A program made the position numbers and the translations under genes. A stretch of DNA of 64,000 bases, taken from Ignavibacteriota bacterium (GTDB lineage: Bacteria > Bacteroidota > Ignavibacteria > UBA10030). Shown piece by piece: positions 22,401-31,052 of this stretch. The notes beneath the pieces were generated by a model, which was given only the letters and a program-made list of their open reading frames with translations, was not told where the DNA came from and searched no databases. The stretch covers positions 2,144,001 to 2,208,000 of the forward strand of contig OY969585.1 of the NCBI GenBank assembly GCA_963701295.1, given 5' to 3'. Position 1 is the stretch's first letter; every line of letters starts with the position of its first letter.

Positions 22401-22567
22401 CATCGGAACGATTGGCAAAAGCGTTAGGGCGTATGGTTCAGTATGTCCAGCAAGAGACGTTAGCAGTCGAGTTAAAACCTATATCGAGTGCAGATGCTTT
22501 GAAGCAAGGTGCAAAAAACGAAGATATCAATGGTGAACCGAGCGCAATTGCAGTTGAGAAAAATTAG
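19436..22567 (+). CDS. ileS: Isoleucine--tRNA ligase, type 2
   Basis: EGPPTANGRPGIHH, GWDTHGLP, WTTTPWTL, KMSKS; long C-terminus without the type-1 Zn finger. Confidence 0.98.
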   Translation: MYKQLTDKINFQTLESEILKSWEANGIFKKSISTREGKPKFSFYEGPPTANGRPGIHHVMARTLKDIICRYKTMQGFQVQRKAGWDTHGLPVEIEVEKSLGFKYKDDIIAYGVAKFNEECKKSVWKYKVDWEELTRMMGYWVDLQHPYVTFDNNYIESIWWALKQYFDKGLIYKGFKIQPYCPRCETPLSSHEVSLGYKDVKDPSIYIKLKVKGEENTYFLVWTTTPWTLISNVAIAVHPDVDYVKVEHKGEKYILAQARLSILDDEYVVLEEFKGATLAGKEYERMFSYHPVKEKGWYVVLADFVTTEDGSGIVHMAPAYGEDDYQVGRKYGLPTIHPVNKSGAFNSEVTDFAGMFVKDADLEIIQNLRHRNILYKKELHLHSYPHCWRCSAPLLYYARESWYIRTTDYAKRMIELNKQINWIPPDVGAGRFGNWLEENKDWAISRDRFWGTPLPIWLCEKCGKQKCVGSVVEFRKGKNVPDPLDLHKPYVDGVTFSCDCGGTMNRTPELIDVWFDSGSMPFAQWHYPFENKEIFEKAYPADFISEGIDQTRGWFYTLHSIGTFLFDKPAYKNVLVNELILDKTGQKMSKSKGNTVDPIALMKKYGADTVRWYLVSQSPVWRTTLFDEEGIGEVQRKFFSTLTNTYSFFALYANVDKYDNTGPKIPINERQEIDQWILSELNTLVMTYLQSVDGYDVTRAARAVSDFTIDQLSNWYVRRNRRRFWKSENGKDKTAAYQTLHECLLTISKLIAPFAPFLADEMYRNLVVGNKSMSESVHLQEMPKADANVIYPELEHRMEYAIKIVGLVRAMRMKSNLKVRQPLQKIIVPFKSEADRHEIEQMEDVILEEINVKQIEYIADESTLIKKKSKPNFKTLGPKFGKSVQPIAARLRDLTSEEMSKLQSQGTLMLNVSGTEYIIDASDVEILHEDIQGWLVETDGQITVALDTALTDELIDEGLAREFVNRVQNLRKDSGFEVTDRIRIAHASSERLAKALGRMVQYVQQETLAVELKPISSADALKQGAKNEDINGEPSAIAVEKN

Positions 22568-22601
22568 TATATATTGATGCAATTATTATCGTAGGAGAAT
22601 T

Positions 22602-23111
22602 ATGGCAAAGAAGAAAGTTGTAAAGAAGTCTCCGGCAAAAAAGACGACCAAGCGTATAATGTTGAAACCTAAAATCGATAAAAAGAAAACGAAAACGAGG
22701 ACTGTCGCTGTGAATGTCGTATCCAAGAAAGGATACGGCAAAAGGGGTCTTGAACATTTCAAGACTATCATCCTAGAGAAACGAAAAGAAATTCTTGAAG
22801 AACTGGAATCATTGAAATCAACGATGATGGACGTAACAACCGGACAGTACGAAACTGAGAATTCGACATACTCTTCGCACATGGAACAAGGCACAGATGC
22901 AATGGAACGCGAAAAAACATTTCTCTTTGCATCACGCGAAGGGAAATTTCTCAATTATCTCGACGATGCTTTGAAACGGATCGAAAATGGAACTTATGGA
23001 TTTTGTACAGAATGTGGAACCCTGATGGATAAAGAGCGGCTCGAAGCAGTGCCGCATGCTCATCAATGTATCGATTGCAAAACAAAATTAGTCGGGAATA
23101 AAATAGTGTAA
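22602..23111 (+). CDS. TraR/DksA-family C4 zinc-finger protein with Lys-rich N-terminus
   Basis: ALKRIENGTYGFCTEC...RLEAVP..QCIDCK. Confidence 0.92.
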   Translation: MAKKKVVKKSPAKKTTKRIMLKPKIDKKKTKTRTVAVNVVSKKGYGKRGLEHFKTIILEKRKEILEELESLKSTMMDVTTGQYETENSTYSSHMEQGTDAMEREKTFLFASREGKFLNYLDDALKRIENGTYGFCTECGTLMDKERLEAVPHAHQCIDCKTKLVGNKIV

Positions 23112-23222
23112 TTACTGGTTGGTAGTTTGTGTTTCAGTGTGTGACTCGGCTACAGAATAGGTAGTATACCAAATCACCAATCGAAAATTTTCAATCTCAA
23201 ATTTGAATGAATTGAGGTCTTA

Positions 23223-23879
23223 TTGCGTGTTCTTTTTGTCACTCTCGGTATTGTCCTTTTTGATCAAATTACCAAACTGTTCGTAAAAGGATTTTCCCTT
23301 CCTTTTTTCGATTTTTATTACCAGGGGATGCAGCTTGGGCAAAGTATTCCGGTGATCGGTGATTTCCTTCGTCTAACGTTTGTCGAAAATTCCGGAATGG
23401 CATTTGGGATAGAAATTGGCGGGCGACTGTTTCTTACCGTTTTCTCTTTGATTGCAAGTATTGGAATTTTCTACTATATCTATCGAGTTCGGAATGAGGC
23501 GTTCATTATTCGCCTCACGTTAGCAATGATTCTTGGCGGAGCAATTGGCAATCTCATTGATCGGTGCTTCTATGGTGTTATCTTTGGAGAAGCGCCATTG
23601 TTCTATGGGAAGGTTGTCGATTTCATCGATATGAATTTCTTCTATATTAATTTTCTTGGAATCCATATGGACCGCTTTGCTGTGTTTAATGTAGCGGATG
23701 CTTCTGTTTCCACCGGTATCGTTTTGATGCTGCTCTTCCACAAGAAATTTACAGATGTAGACAAATCTACTGTCGTGGTCACAGAAGGAACGAAAACTTT
23801 TCCTGACCATAATTCTGCACAGGATAACCTGAGTGAACCAAAAAGTGACGTACAGAGTTCTTCGGTGAATCCATCATAA
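23223..23879 (+). CDS. lspA: Lipoprotein signal peptidase
   Basis: DQITK, NSGMAFG, GGAIGNLIDR, VVDFI, FNVADA. Confidence 0.96.
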   Translation: MRVLFVTLGIVLFDQITKLFVKGFSLPFFDFYYQGMQLGQSIPVIGDFLRLTFVENSGMAFGIEIGGRLFLTVFSLIASIGIFYYIYRVRNEAFIIRLTLAMILGGAIGNLIDRCFYGVIFGEAPLFYGKVVDFIDMNFFYINFLGIHMDRFAVFNVADASVSTGIVLMLLFHKKFTDVDKSTVVVTEGTKTFPDHNSAQDNLSEPKSDVQSSSVNPS

Positions 23880-23890
23880 GTGCACATACT

Positions 23891-24880
23891 ATGTTTTCTC
23901 ATCCATCCTCTGATGGAAGTCTGGAAGAACGAGAACACGCCCGCATTGTTGTTCCTGCCGGTGAACACCGTAAACGCATTGATGTCTATCTTACACATCA
24001 CATAGAAAACGCAACACGCAGCAAAGTTCAGCAGGCAATCGAAGCCGGCATGGTATTGGTGAATGGCAAGATCGTCAGGTCTAGTTACCAGCTTCATCCT
24101 AACGATGTCATCGATGTGACATTTCCACGCCCGCTGCAACCCGATGCACTGGCAGAAAATATTCCTCTCGACATTGTGTACGAAGACGGAGATTTGTTAG
24201 TTGTAAATAAGCCTGCTGGAATGGTAACGCATCCGGCATACACTCATTATACAGGCACACTTGTGAATGCGCTTCTATTTCATTGCAATCATCTTTCGAA
24301 GATTAACACTGAAATGCGGCCCGGCATTGTGCACCGGCTTGATAAAGATACGACAGGTTTGATGGTGATTGCAAAGACTGATACAGTACATGCCTTTCTT
24401 GCAAAACAGTTTTCAAAGCGTACGATTGACCGAGAATATTGGGCTGTTGTCTGGGGGCGATTCAAGTCACCGAAAGGAACCATCGATGCGAATCTTGGAC
24501 GAAGCAAGCGTGATCGAAAAAAAGTGGCAGTAACGGAAGATGGAAAATCTGCAATTACGGAATACGAGGTGATAAAAGAATACGAATTCCTTTCACTCGT
24601 TCGACTCCATCTGAAAACCGGACGCACGCATCAGATTCGTGTGCATCTGGCGCACATCGGCCATCCTGTCTTCGGAGATCCTACCTACAACGGACGCAGT
24701 AATACTTGGAATGGTTTGGAAGGGAAGAATGCCCAACAAGCGGGGAAATTACTGAAGTTGATCTCACGTCAAGCGTTACACGCAAAGACCATCGGTTTTA
24801 TTCATCCTGCGACAAAAGAATTTGTGAAATTCAATTCTGATCTACCGAACGATATGCTGGCAGTATTAGCGAGCATTTAG
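23891..24880 (+). CDS. rluD: RluA/RluD-family pseudouridine synthase
   Basis: S4 domain, VNKPAG, HRLDKDTTG, TGRTHQIR, GDPTY, QALHA. Confidence 0.93.
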   Translation: MFSHPSSDGSLEEREHARIVVPAGEHRKRIDVYLTHHIENATRSKVQQAIEAGMVLVNGKIVRSSYQLHPNDVIDVTFPRPLQPDALAENIPLDIVYEDGDLLVVNKPAGMVTHPAYTHYTGTLVNALLFHCNHLSKINTEMRPGIVHRLDKDTTGLMVIAKTDTVHAFLAKQFSKRTIDREYWAVVWGRFKSPKGTIDANLGRSKRDRKKVAVTEDGKSAITEYEVIKEYEFLSLVRLHLKTGRTHQIRVHLAHIGHPVFGDPTYNGRSNTWNGLEGKNAQQAGKLLKLISRQALHAKTIGFIHPATKEFVKFNSDLPNDMLAVLASI

Positions 24881-24998
24881 TTGAACAGGGAAGAGTGAAC
24901 TAATCCGTTCTCGCTGATTAAGTCAGTCAATAAAGGAACATTTTAAAATGCGATATGTCAAATTATGCTCTCGATTTTGAACAAATACTAATTTTAAA

Positions 24999-27398
24999 AT
25001 GACACTACAACGTAAAAATATTCTGTTTACTCTAATACTTCTTGGTGCATCGACAGCGTCCACACAGACGTCATTTGTTATTCGTGGTAAGGTAGTCGAT
25101 GCCGCCAATGATGAACCGCTTCCCTCGGCAACCATAAGATTCATTGGAACTTCGCAGGGAACTATCACGAATGCTCAAGGGGAATTCCAATACACTGTCC
25201 GCGATTCACTCGCGACAATTGCAGTAAGTTATGTCGGCCACACGTCGGATACCATCACGTTTTTCAGTGGAAGCTCACACGGTGTGCTGATTCGCTTGCA
25301 GCCCAATGCCATTCAAGTGGCTGAAATGATTGTGACAGGCGAAGACCCAGCGTACGAAATTATTCGTGCTGCAATCGAGAGCAAAAAGAAATGGATGAAG
25401 CAGTTAACATCCTATGAGGGGAAGGCATTCAATCGGCTAGAGATTCGTGCAAAAGATTCTATTGCCGCTATTACGGAAGCATATTCGACGCTCTATTGGC
25501 GAAGTGATGATTCCCTCCGCGAAATTGTTACACAAAAAAAGCAAACAGGTAATCTTCCTAAATCGATGCAGGCGGTACGTGTAGGGAACGTAATCAATTT
25601 TAACGATGATGAAATTGCGATGGGAGGATTTCGCTTCACTGGCCCGACAGCGCGGGATGCATTTGACTTCTACGACTACAAGTTGCGTTCCACTCGAAGA
25701 ATGGACGATTTTGATGTATACGAAATCGAGGTGATACCGAAATCGCGCATCAATCCTTTGTTCAAAGGAACAATCGCGATTGCCGAACGTTCCTATGCTG
25801 TCATTGAAGCCGATCTTGAACCGAATGAAGCGTACGAGCAGCCGTTCCTTCATTTCTTAAAATCGCATTATAAGCAATCGTTTCGGCTTTTCAACAACAC
25901 GGTATGGCTTCCTGTGCATTATCGCTTCGAGGGAAATCTGGAATTGCGCATTATGGGAATCAGAATTCCGCCCATCGGTATCGAACGGGATGTAGTCATC
26001 TACGATTATCGGGTGAACCCCGAACTCCCCGACAGCATTCGCAAAATAAGCAAAACAGCAGTCGACTCATCTGCGAAGAAAATTGATTCGACCTTTTGGG
26101 CGACGCACGATGTGCTGCAGTTAACGGTAGAACAGGACAGCGCCTATCATAAACTCGACAGCACGCAAACATTGGAAAAACAATTTGCTCCATCCGGTGC
26201 GATGGTAAATCTTATGAATTCGATGTCTACCGGTATCTTCAGTTATCTGGATCTGTCATTCAATCGCGTGGAAGCATGGCATCTGGGAATCTCCAAAACG
26301 GCAGATTCATTGACGAGCGGGCTGGGTGTTCGAGGCGGAACGGCATACGGAACGGCAGATCAAAGATGGAAATGGCACGCCGGGGCGACACTATCATTCG
26401 GTGATACGGTGAGGAGCACTGCTTCATTCGGTGCTGCAGTAATTTCCATATCCGACCGAAGTTGGTCATTTGCTTTGGATGCGTATGATCAGTTGGAAGA
26501 ATTTCCGCTTGTATTGATGAAGGATCGGTTCTTCAATATCTTCAGTGCTTTATTCGATCATTCGGATGCGTACGATTATTATGCTGCTCGCGGTGTAGAG
26601 GCGGCATTGACCTATATTCCGGCAGCTTCCTGGCGAGTATCTCTAACAGGGCTCTCGGAGGATCAGCAATCGCTTGCCAAGCATACGGAATATTCATTCT
26701 TCGAACGCTCCAAGACTTATCCGGATAATCCTTCCATTGCCGATGGGAGAATGAACAGTGTAACACTGAATGGAAGATATGCCACGACAGAGATACCGGG
26801 AATGACACGGAATGCTTTCAGTACATCAGCATCGATGGAATATTCTGATCCATTTCTAAAGAGTGATTATTTGTTCACTCAGTTTAACGTGAAGCTTCGC
26901 GGAAAAATATCCACGATGAATGATAACTTATTATTCCCGCCATCACTCACTTTTATACTCAATGCCGGGACAACAGCGGGACATCTACCACCGCAGAGAT
27001 ATTTCTCGCTTGCCTCCAACGTGCTGTTTGTCGGAGAACAAGGGACACTCCGCGGTGTTGGGTCGCGTGAATACTACGGAGATCGGTATGCCGTGTGTTC
27101 TATCGAATATAATTTCCGTCGTGCCCCATTTGCGCTGACAGGAATCAAAGCGCTCTATGAATCGAAGCTTGAATTGATTGTAACGGGAGCCGTAGCGCGG
27201 TCTTGGTTTTCTGACCAGGTGCTTCGGACGCCGCAATTTCCTGTAAATGATACTCATGGCTGGGACTATGAAGCGGGAATCGGTGTTTCGAACATACTCG
27301 ATTTCTTTCGCATCGATCTTTCGTATCGTTTCACTCAACCGAGCCAAGTGATGTTCACGCTTTTGCTCTCAGATTTTGTTTCAGACTTTGCACGATAG
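24999..27398 (+). CDS. Outer-membrane protein with carboxypeptidase-regulatory-like N-domain (DUF5686-like)
   Basis: GKVVDA..EPLP.ATI...GTITNAQGEF, EDPAYEIIR, C-terminal YEAGIGVSNILDFFRID. Confidence 0.8.
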   Translation: MTLQRKNILFTLILLGASTASTQTSFVIRGKVVDAANDEPLPSATIRFIGTSQGTITNAQGEFQYTVRDSLATIAVSYVGHTSDTITFFSGSSHGVLIRLQPNAIQVAEMIVTGEDPAYEIIRAAIESKKKWMKQLTSYEGKAFNRLEIRAKDSIAAITEAYSTLYWRSDDSLREIVTQKKQTGNLPKSMQAVRVGNVINFNDDEIAMGGFRFTGPTARDAFDFYDYKLRSTRRMDDFDVYEIEVIPKSRINPLFKGTIAIAERSYAVIEADLEPNEAYEQPFLHFLKSHYKQSFRLFNNTVWLPVHYRFEGNLELRIMGIRIPPIGIERDVVIYDYRVNPELPDSIRKISKTAVDSSAKKIDSTFWATHDVLQLTVEQDSAYHKLDSTQTLEKQFAPSGAMVNLMNSMSTGIFSYLDLSFNRVEAWHLGISKTADSLTSGLGVRGGTAYGTADQRWKWHAGATLSFGDTVRSTASFGAAVISISDRSWSFALDAYDQLEEFPLVLMKDRFFNIFSALFDHSDAYDYYAARGVEAALTYIPAASWRVSLTGLSEDQQSLAKHTEYSFFERSKTYPDNPSIADGRMNSVTLNGRYATTEIPGMTRNAFSTSASMEYSDPFLKSDYLFTQFNVKLRGKISTMNDNLLFPPSLTFILNAGTTAGHLPPQRYFSLASNVLFVGEQGTLRGVGSREYYGDRYAVCSIEYNFRRAPFALTGIKALYESKLELIVTGAVARSWFSDQVLRTPQFPVNDTHGWDYEAGIGVSNILDFFRIDLSYRFTQPSQVMFTLLLSDFVSDFAR

Positions 27399-27524
27399 CC
27401 TGAGTTTTTTCTCACCAAGTGCTCGACCCATTCTGGATGATACATCTTCGTTGTATTCGTAGAGGGATTGACCGAAAAGTTGGTGGTCGCAATCTCCCGC
27501 ATACCTAAGCTTGCCTGCGGAAGA

Positions 27525-27651
27525 TGATCTCGCGTCAAGTACTGCGCACGCAGAACCTATCGGTTTTATTCATCCTATGACAAAAGAATTTATAAAATTC
27601 GATTCTGAATTGCCAGAGGATATACAAAGTGTTCTAAAAAGAACCCGGTGA
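27525..27651 (+). pseudogene. Diverged duplicate of the rluD 3' end
   Basis: Aligns to 24759-24880; reads IGFIHPMTKEFIKFDSELPEDI vs IGFIHPATKEFVKFNSDLPNDM, with an indel upstream. Confidence 0.85.
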
Positions 27652-27731
27652 GATTTCTGTCATTGGTGTTCAAACTTGTATGGTTAGAATCAAAGACCAT
27701 CATAACAACTTTTATTCAACACAGAGTATAT

Positions 27732-28388
27732 TCAGTTGTTGTTTGCTCCTTGGTTAATCCAATCACGAATTAATGTGATATCACTTGTGCTGAGAGCGCC
27801 ACCTTGTGGCATCTGACTTCCGCATGTAGTTCCAGAGACTTTTTTATAGAGCACACTATTAGCGGCATCGTATGGAAGAACACGTTTCAAGGAAGTACAG
27901 CTTGATTGTGCATTTATGTTGACCAGATTGTTGTAGCTGACACTCGCGGTAATCGTCAATCCTCCATAGCCGCCATGACAACTAGTGCATCGGCTGTTAA
28001 AGATCGGTTGAATCTGATTTGAGAATGAAACGAGTGGAAGAGTTCCAAGAATTGAAATGATAATCTCCAGACTATCAGCAATTGGTGTTTTACTATCAGC
28101 CACGACGGTGTTTGTGCTGCCTGTGTCGATACCGGAGATTGTAAGAATTGATGAAGCCAACAACACAGCAGCTTTTGCGACATTGGGCTGTCTTTTGATA
28201 GAATAAGGTGATTTGCCTCCTGATAATGTAATTTGTTTGGAAGCTCCTTTTGCGACGGACACGTTAGTGCTGCTTGCGGACAATCCCGACAGTGGAGGAA
28301 CTTCTGTCCCTATGTCTTTGCAGCTGTAGATGACAACAATAATGATCGCAACGATAAGAATGATGGAAAAACTTTGTTTGGAATTCAT
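27732..28388 (-). CDS. Monoheme c-type cytochrome lipoprotein
   Basis: Lipobox IYSC, IQPIFNSRCTSCH, distal QMP, WINQGA tail. Confidence 0.8.
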   Translation of the reverse strand: MNSKQSFSIILIVAIIIVVIYSCKDIGTEVPPLSGLSASSTNVSVAKGASKQITLSGGKSPYSIKRQPNVAKAAVLLASSILTISGIDTGSTNTVVADSKTPIADSLEIIISILGTLPLVSFSNQIQPIFNSRCTSCHGGYGGLTITASVSYNNLVNINAQSSCTSLKRVLPYDAANSVLYKKVSGTTCGSQMPQGGALSTSDITLIRDWINQGANNN

Positions 28389-28403
28389 AGGTATCTCGCT
28401 GTG

Positions 28404-29480
28404 CTAAAGAAAGAGATGCATAAGAAAATCAAATTCGTTTTGTTGTACGTTCCCTGGTGTTTGGTCATGTATTCGATACATGGGGCATAATTCAACACCT
28501 GGCAATGGAAAAAATTCCGCTCCAATGCTATACCTCGATTCACTTCCCGTTTTATACTCAATGTCTGGATCATAGAAATCATACATAAATTTTAAGTCGA
28601 CGCCATCCAGTACCAAGTAATTTATTTCAATATAGGAGATGAATTCATCTGTCCCCAGGGTCGTCTTATCTTTCTTTATATCCCATTCACCATTAATAGT
28701 AATATCGTTATAACTAACACCAGCGAATCCGCCGAACATTGTAAGAGTGCCGAGCAAACCGTTATTATACCAGCCAGATCCACCCAGAGAACAATTTAAC
28801 TTGTCAAGCTTAAAGAGAGCTTCCGCCCTTGTCGTGATGAGCCTGATCCAGCCGTTGGACGGGTCGCTGCCATTTTCACCATTATACACACCTGCATTCC
28901 ATGTGATAGATGTCGGTGATATTCCCACTTCGATCCCCGTATCTTCTCTGTGATAAAGGGGGAACACTGTCTTTGATCTGATAAAAGCAGTATGATCATC
29001 GATTCTTGTTCCATACGCTGGTGTAAATCTTCCTACCTTTACATATCCATTTGCTGGAAGAACCTGAGCAATGCCGAAAATTTCAAAATCTTGGTAGAGC
29101 GTTTTTGTCACAGACAGAAGAAGATTGTTTGCAAGTCGTGCGCTCAAATAAATATCTCCTTGCATCTGGTAAAACGATGTATAATCTCGTTGTTGTTGAT
29201 AAGTGAATAATGTTCGCATGTCCGTACCGATACTGACAAAATCGTTCAGTCGCGTTGTAAAGTTGTTCATCGTCGAATCGTTAGACCATGCCCGGACGGG
29301 AAGAGTCTCTCGTCCATACATGGCAGCGCCATAATAATTGCGCATGCCGCCGCCGTTTGGATCGATATGGCAGTTTTGGCATTTAAAATTTGTTGACGAA
29401 GAGAATCGCGGAAGGGCAAATCCATTTGTTGCAATTAGAAAACAGAAGAGGAAGAGAAAAATGTTTCGAGAATATTTCAT
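28404..29480 (-). CDS. Fused monoheme cytochrome c-porin (Cyc2-like architecture)
   Basis: Signal peptide, then ALPRF-x7-CQNCH, then beta-barrel-like strands (YVKVGRFTPAYG, DTGIEVG). Confidence 0.7.
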   Translation of the reverse strand: MKYSRNIFLFLFCFLIATNGFALPRFSSSTNFKCQNCHIDPNGGGMRNYYGAAMYGRETLPVRAWSNDSTMNNFTTRLNDFVSIGTDMRTLFTYQQQRDYTSFYQMQGDIYLSARLANNLLLSVTKTLYQDFEIFGIAQVLPANGYVKVGRFTPAYGTRIDDHTAFIRSKTVFPLYHREDTGIEVGISPTSITWNAGVYNGENGSDPSNGWIRLITTRAEALFKLDKLNCSLGGSGWYNNGLLGTLTMFGGFAGVSYNDITINGEWDIKKDKTTLGTDEFISYIEINYLVLDGVDLKFMYDFYDPDIEYKTGSESRYSIGAEFFPLPGVELCPMYRIHDQTPGNVQQNEFDFLMHLFL

Positions 29481-29560
29481 AGTAATTCAGCCTTTCGGAA
29501 GCATGGTCAATCTCGATACTCAAGAAACCCGTTTCATAAACTTGCCGTTATCGTTAAGGT

Positions 29561-30688
29561 CTATTCTTTCAAATCCTTTCTATAGCATCTTCTTCTTTTG
29601 TGCAGCCGATAATCATAATATTTCCATTGTGCTTGGATTTTTACATTTGCTTCCAATTCTCTGTTTGTCTCAACTTTTGTAATTTTATTTTTGATAAATA
29701 CTTTATTTGTTTCGTGTATAAGAATTGCATTGATCCCTTTATTCTGCATGTCAGGACGTACGGCTGTAAGATACAAATCCGCGCGCTTCTGATATTTCAG
29801 TGCCGATAACAGGTAGATAAATCCGAATGGAAACAGACGGCCCTTGCACTTCTGTAACGCTTCGGATAAAGAAGGCATAGCAATTCCAAAAGCAACAATA
29901 TGGTTTTGAGAATCCAACACGATCGGCACGTACTCCGGAAGAATGAACCCGAAATATTGCTTCACATACATATTTATTTGTTTCTCCGACAATTCAACAA
30001 AGCCATAGAGGTCTTTATAGGCATCATTCAGAACGTGAAATATTTCTTTTGCATAGGGGAGCAATTCCTTGGCCTTTTTCACTTTGAGAATGGTAAGATG
30101 GTTCCTCGTTAATGCAATCTCAGCTATTCTTTTTATTGGTTCAGGTATTTCTGGATGCATCGTCACTTCATATTCAATCCAGTCGATATCTTTTGTATAT
30201 CCGGCATGTTCCAAGAGGATCGGATAATAAGAGTAATTATAAATCGCACCCAACGTACTCACTTCTTCAAAACCTTCGATGAGTGTCCCTTCGCCGTCCA
30301 TATCTGTAAAGCCTAATGGGCCATGTATGGAGTCCATGCCGTTTCTTCTCGCCCATTGTTCCACAGTATTGAACAGTGCAGAGGATACTTCTATGTCGTT
30401 AATACAATCGAACCATCCAAAACGGGCTGCTTTGGTATTCCATTTCTCATTATATTTTTTATTAAGGATCCCCGCAATTCGACCAACGATCTTTCCGTCA
30501 TGAATTGCGAGCCAATATACTGCTTCGCAAAAATCAAACGCTGGGTTCTTATCTGTTCTTAGCGATTTTATTTCATCGGTACGAAGAGGAGGGACCCAAT
30601 ATTTATTACCGCTGTACAGTGAATACTGAAATGATACAAATTTTCTTAATTCACGTAAGGTATGCACTTCTTTGAGCTGTATATTCAT
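29561..30688 (-). CDS. GNAT-fold acyltransferase (YghO/bacterial ceramide synthase-like)
   Basis: WVPPL, VGRIAG, ARFGWFD, GPLGF, AVRPDMQNKG. Confidence 0.7.
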   Translation of the reverse strand: MNIQLKEVHTLRELRKFVSFQYSLYSGNKYWVPPLRTDEIKSLRTDKNPAFDFCEAVYWLAIHDGKIVGRIAGILNKKYNEKWNTKAARFGWFDCINDIEVSSALFNTVEQWARRNGMDSIHGPLGFTDMDGEGTLIEGFEEVSTLGAIYNYSYYPILLEHAGYTKDIDWIEYEVTMHPEIPEPIKRIAEIALTRNHLTILKVKKAKELLPYAKEIFHVLNDAYKDLYGFVELSEKQINMYVKQYFGFILPEYVPIVLDSQNHIVAFGIAMPSLSEALQKCKGRLFPFGFIYLLSALKYQKRADLYLTAVRPDMQNKGINAILIHETNKVFIKNKITKVETNRELEANVKIQAQWKYYDYRLHKRRRCYRKDLKE

Positions 30689-31023
30689 ACACATCATCGC
30701 CTTGTTTTCAAGAATAATATAAATGTATGTGAACGAAGTCAAGTAGGATTCAAAAAAATAAATGCTGGAATACATTCGCAGCAATTGAATGAATTGAACC
30801 ACTCAAGCGATAAATAGTTCTCTAGGTTACAGGCAGGTTTGTTGATAGAAACAAAAACTGGAATTGTTGAAAAAAAAGAATTTTGTTGAGGTACGGTACA
30901 TCATGCCAAAATGGAAAGAAACACAAGCAAAGGTGCAAATTGATATAGCCTCAATTGGAATACAACGAAGGGATTTAATTTTTACCCGCAATATTGTTGA
31001 GCATGCGTCAAAATCGGGGATCA

Positions 31024-31048
31024 AGGGTGTGATAAATCACGTCCCTAC
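31024..31048 (-). repeat. GTAG-type REP
   Basis: Minus strand GTAGGGACGTGATTTATCACACCCT, close match to the copy at 48289. Confidence 0.7.
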
Positions 31049-31052
31049 GAAT

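Noticed and set aside
30689-30802. N-terminal extension of the GNAT ORF
   Set aside because: AT-rich upstream sequence; the family-like sequence begins at MNIQLKEV
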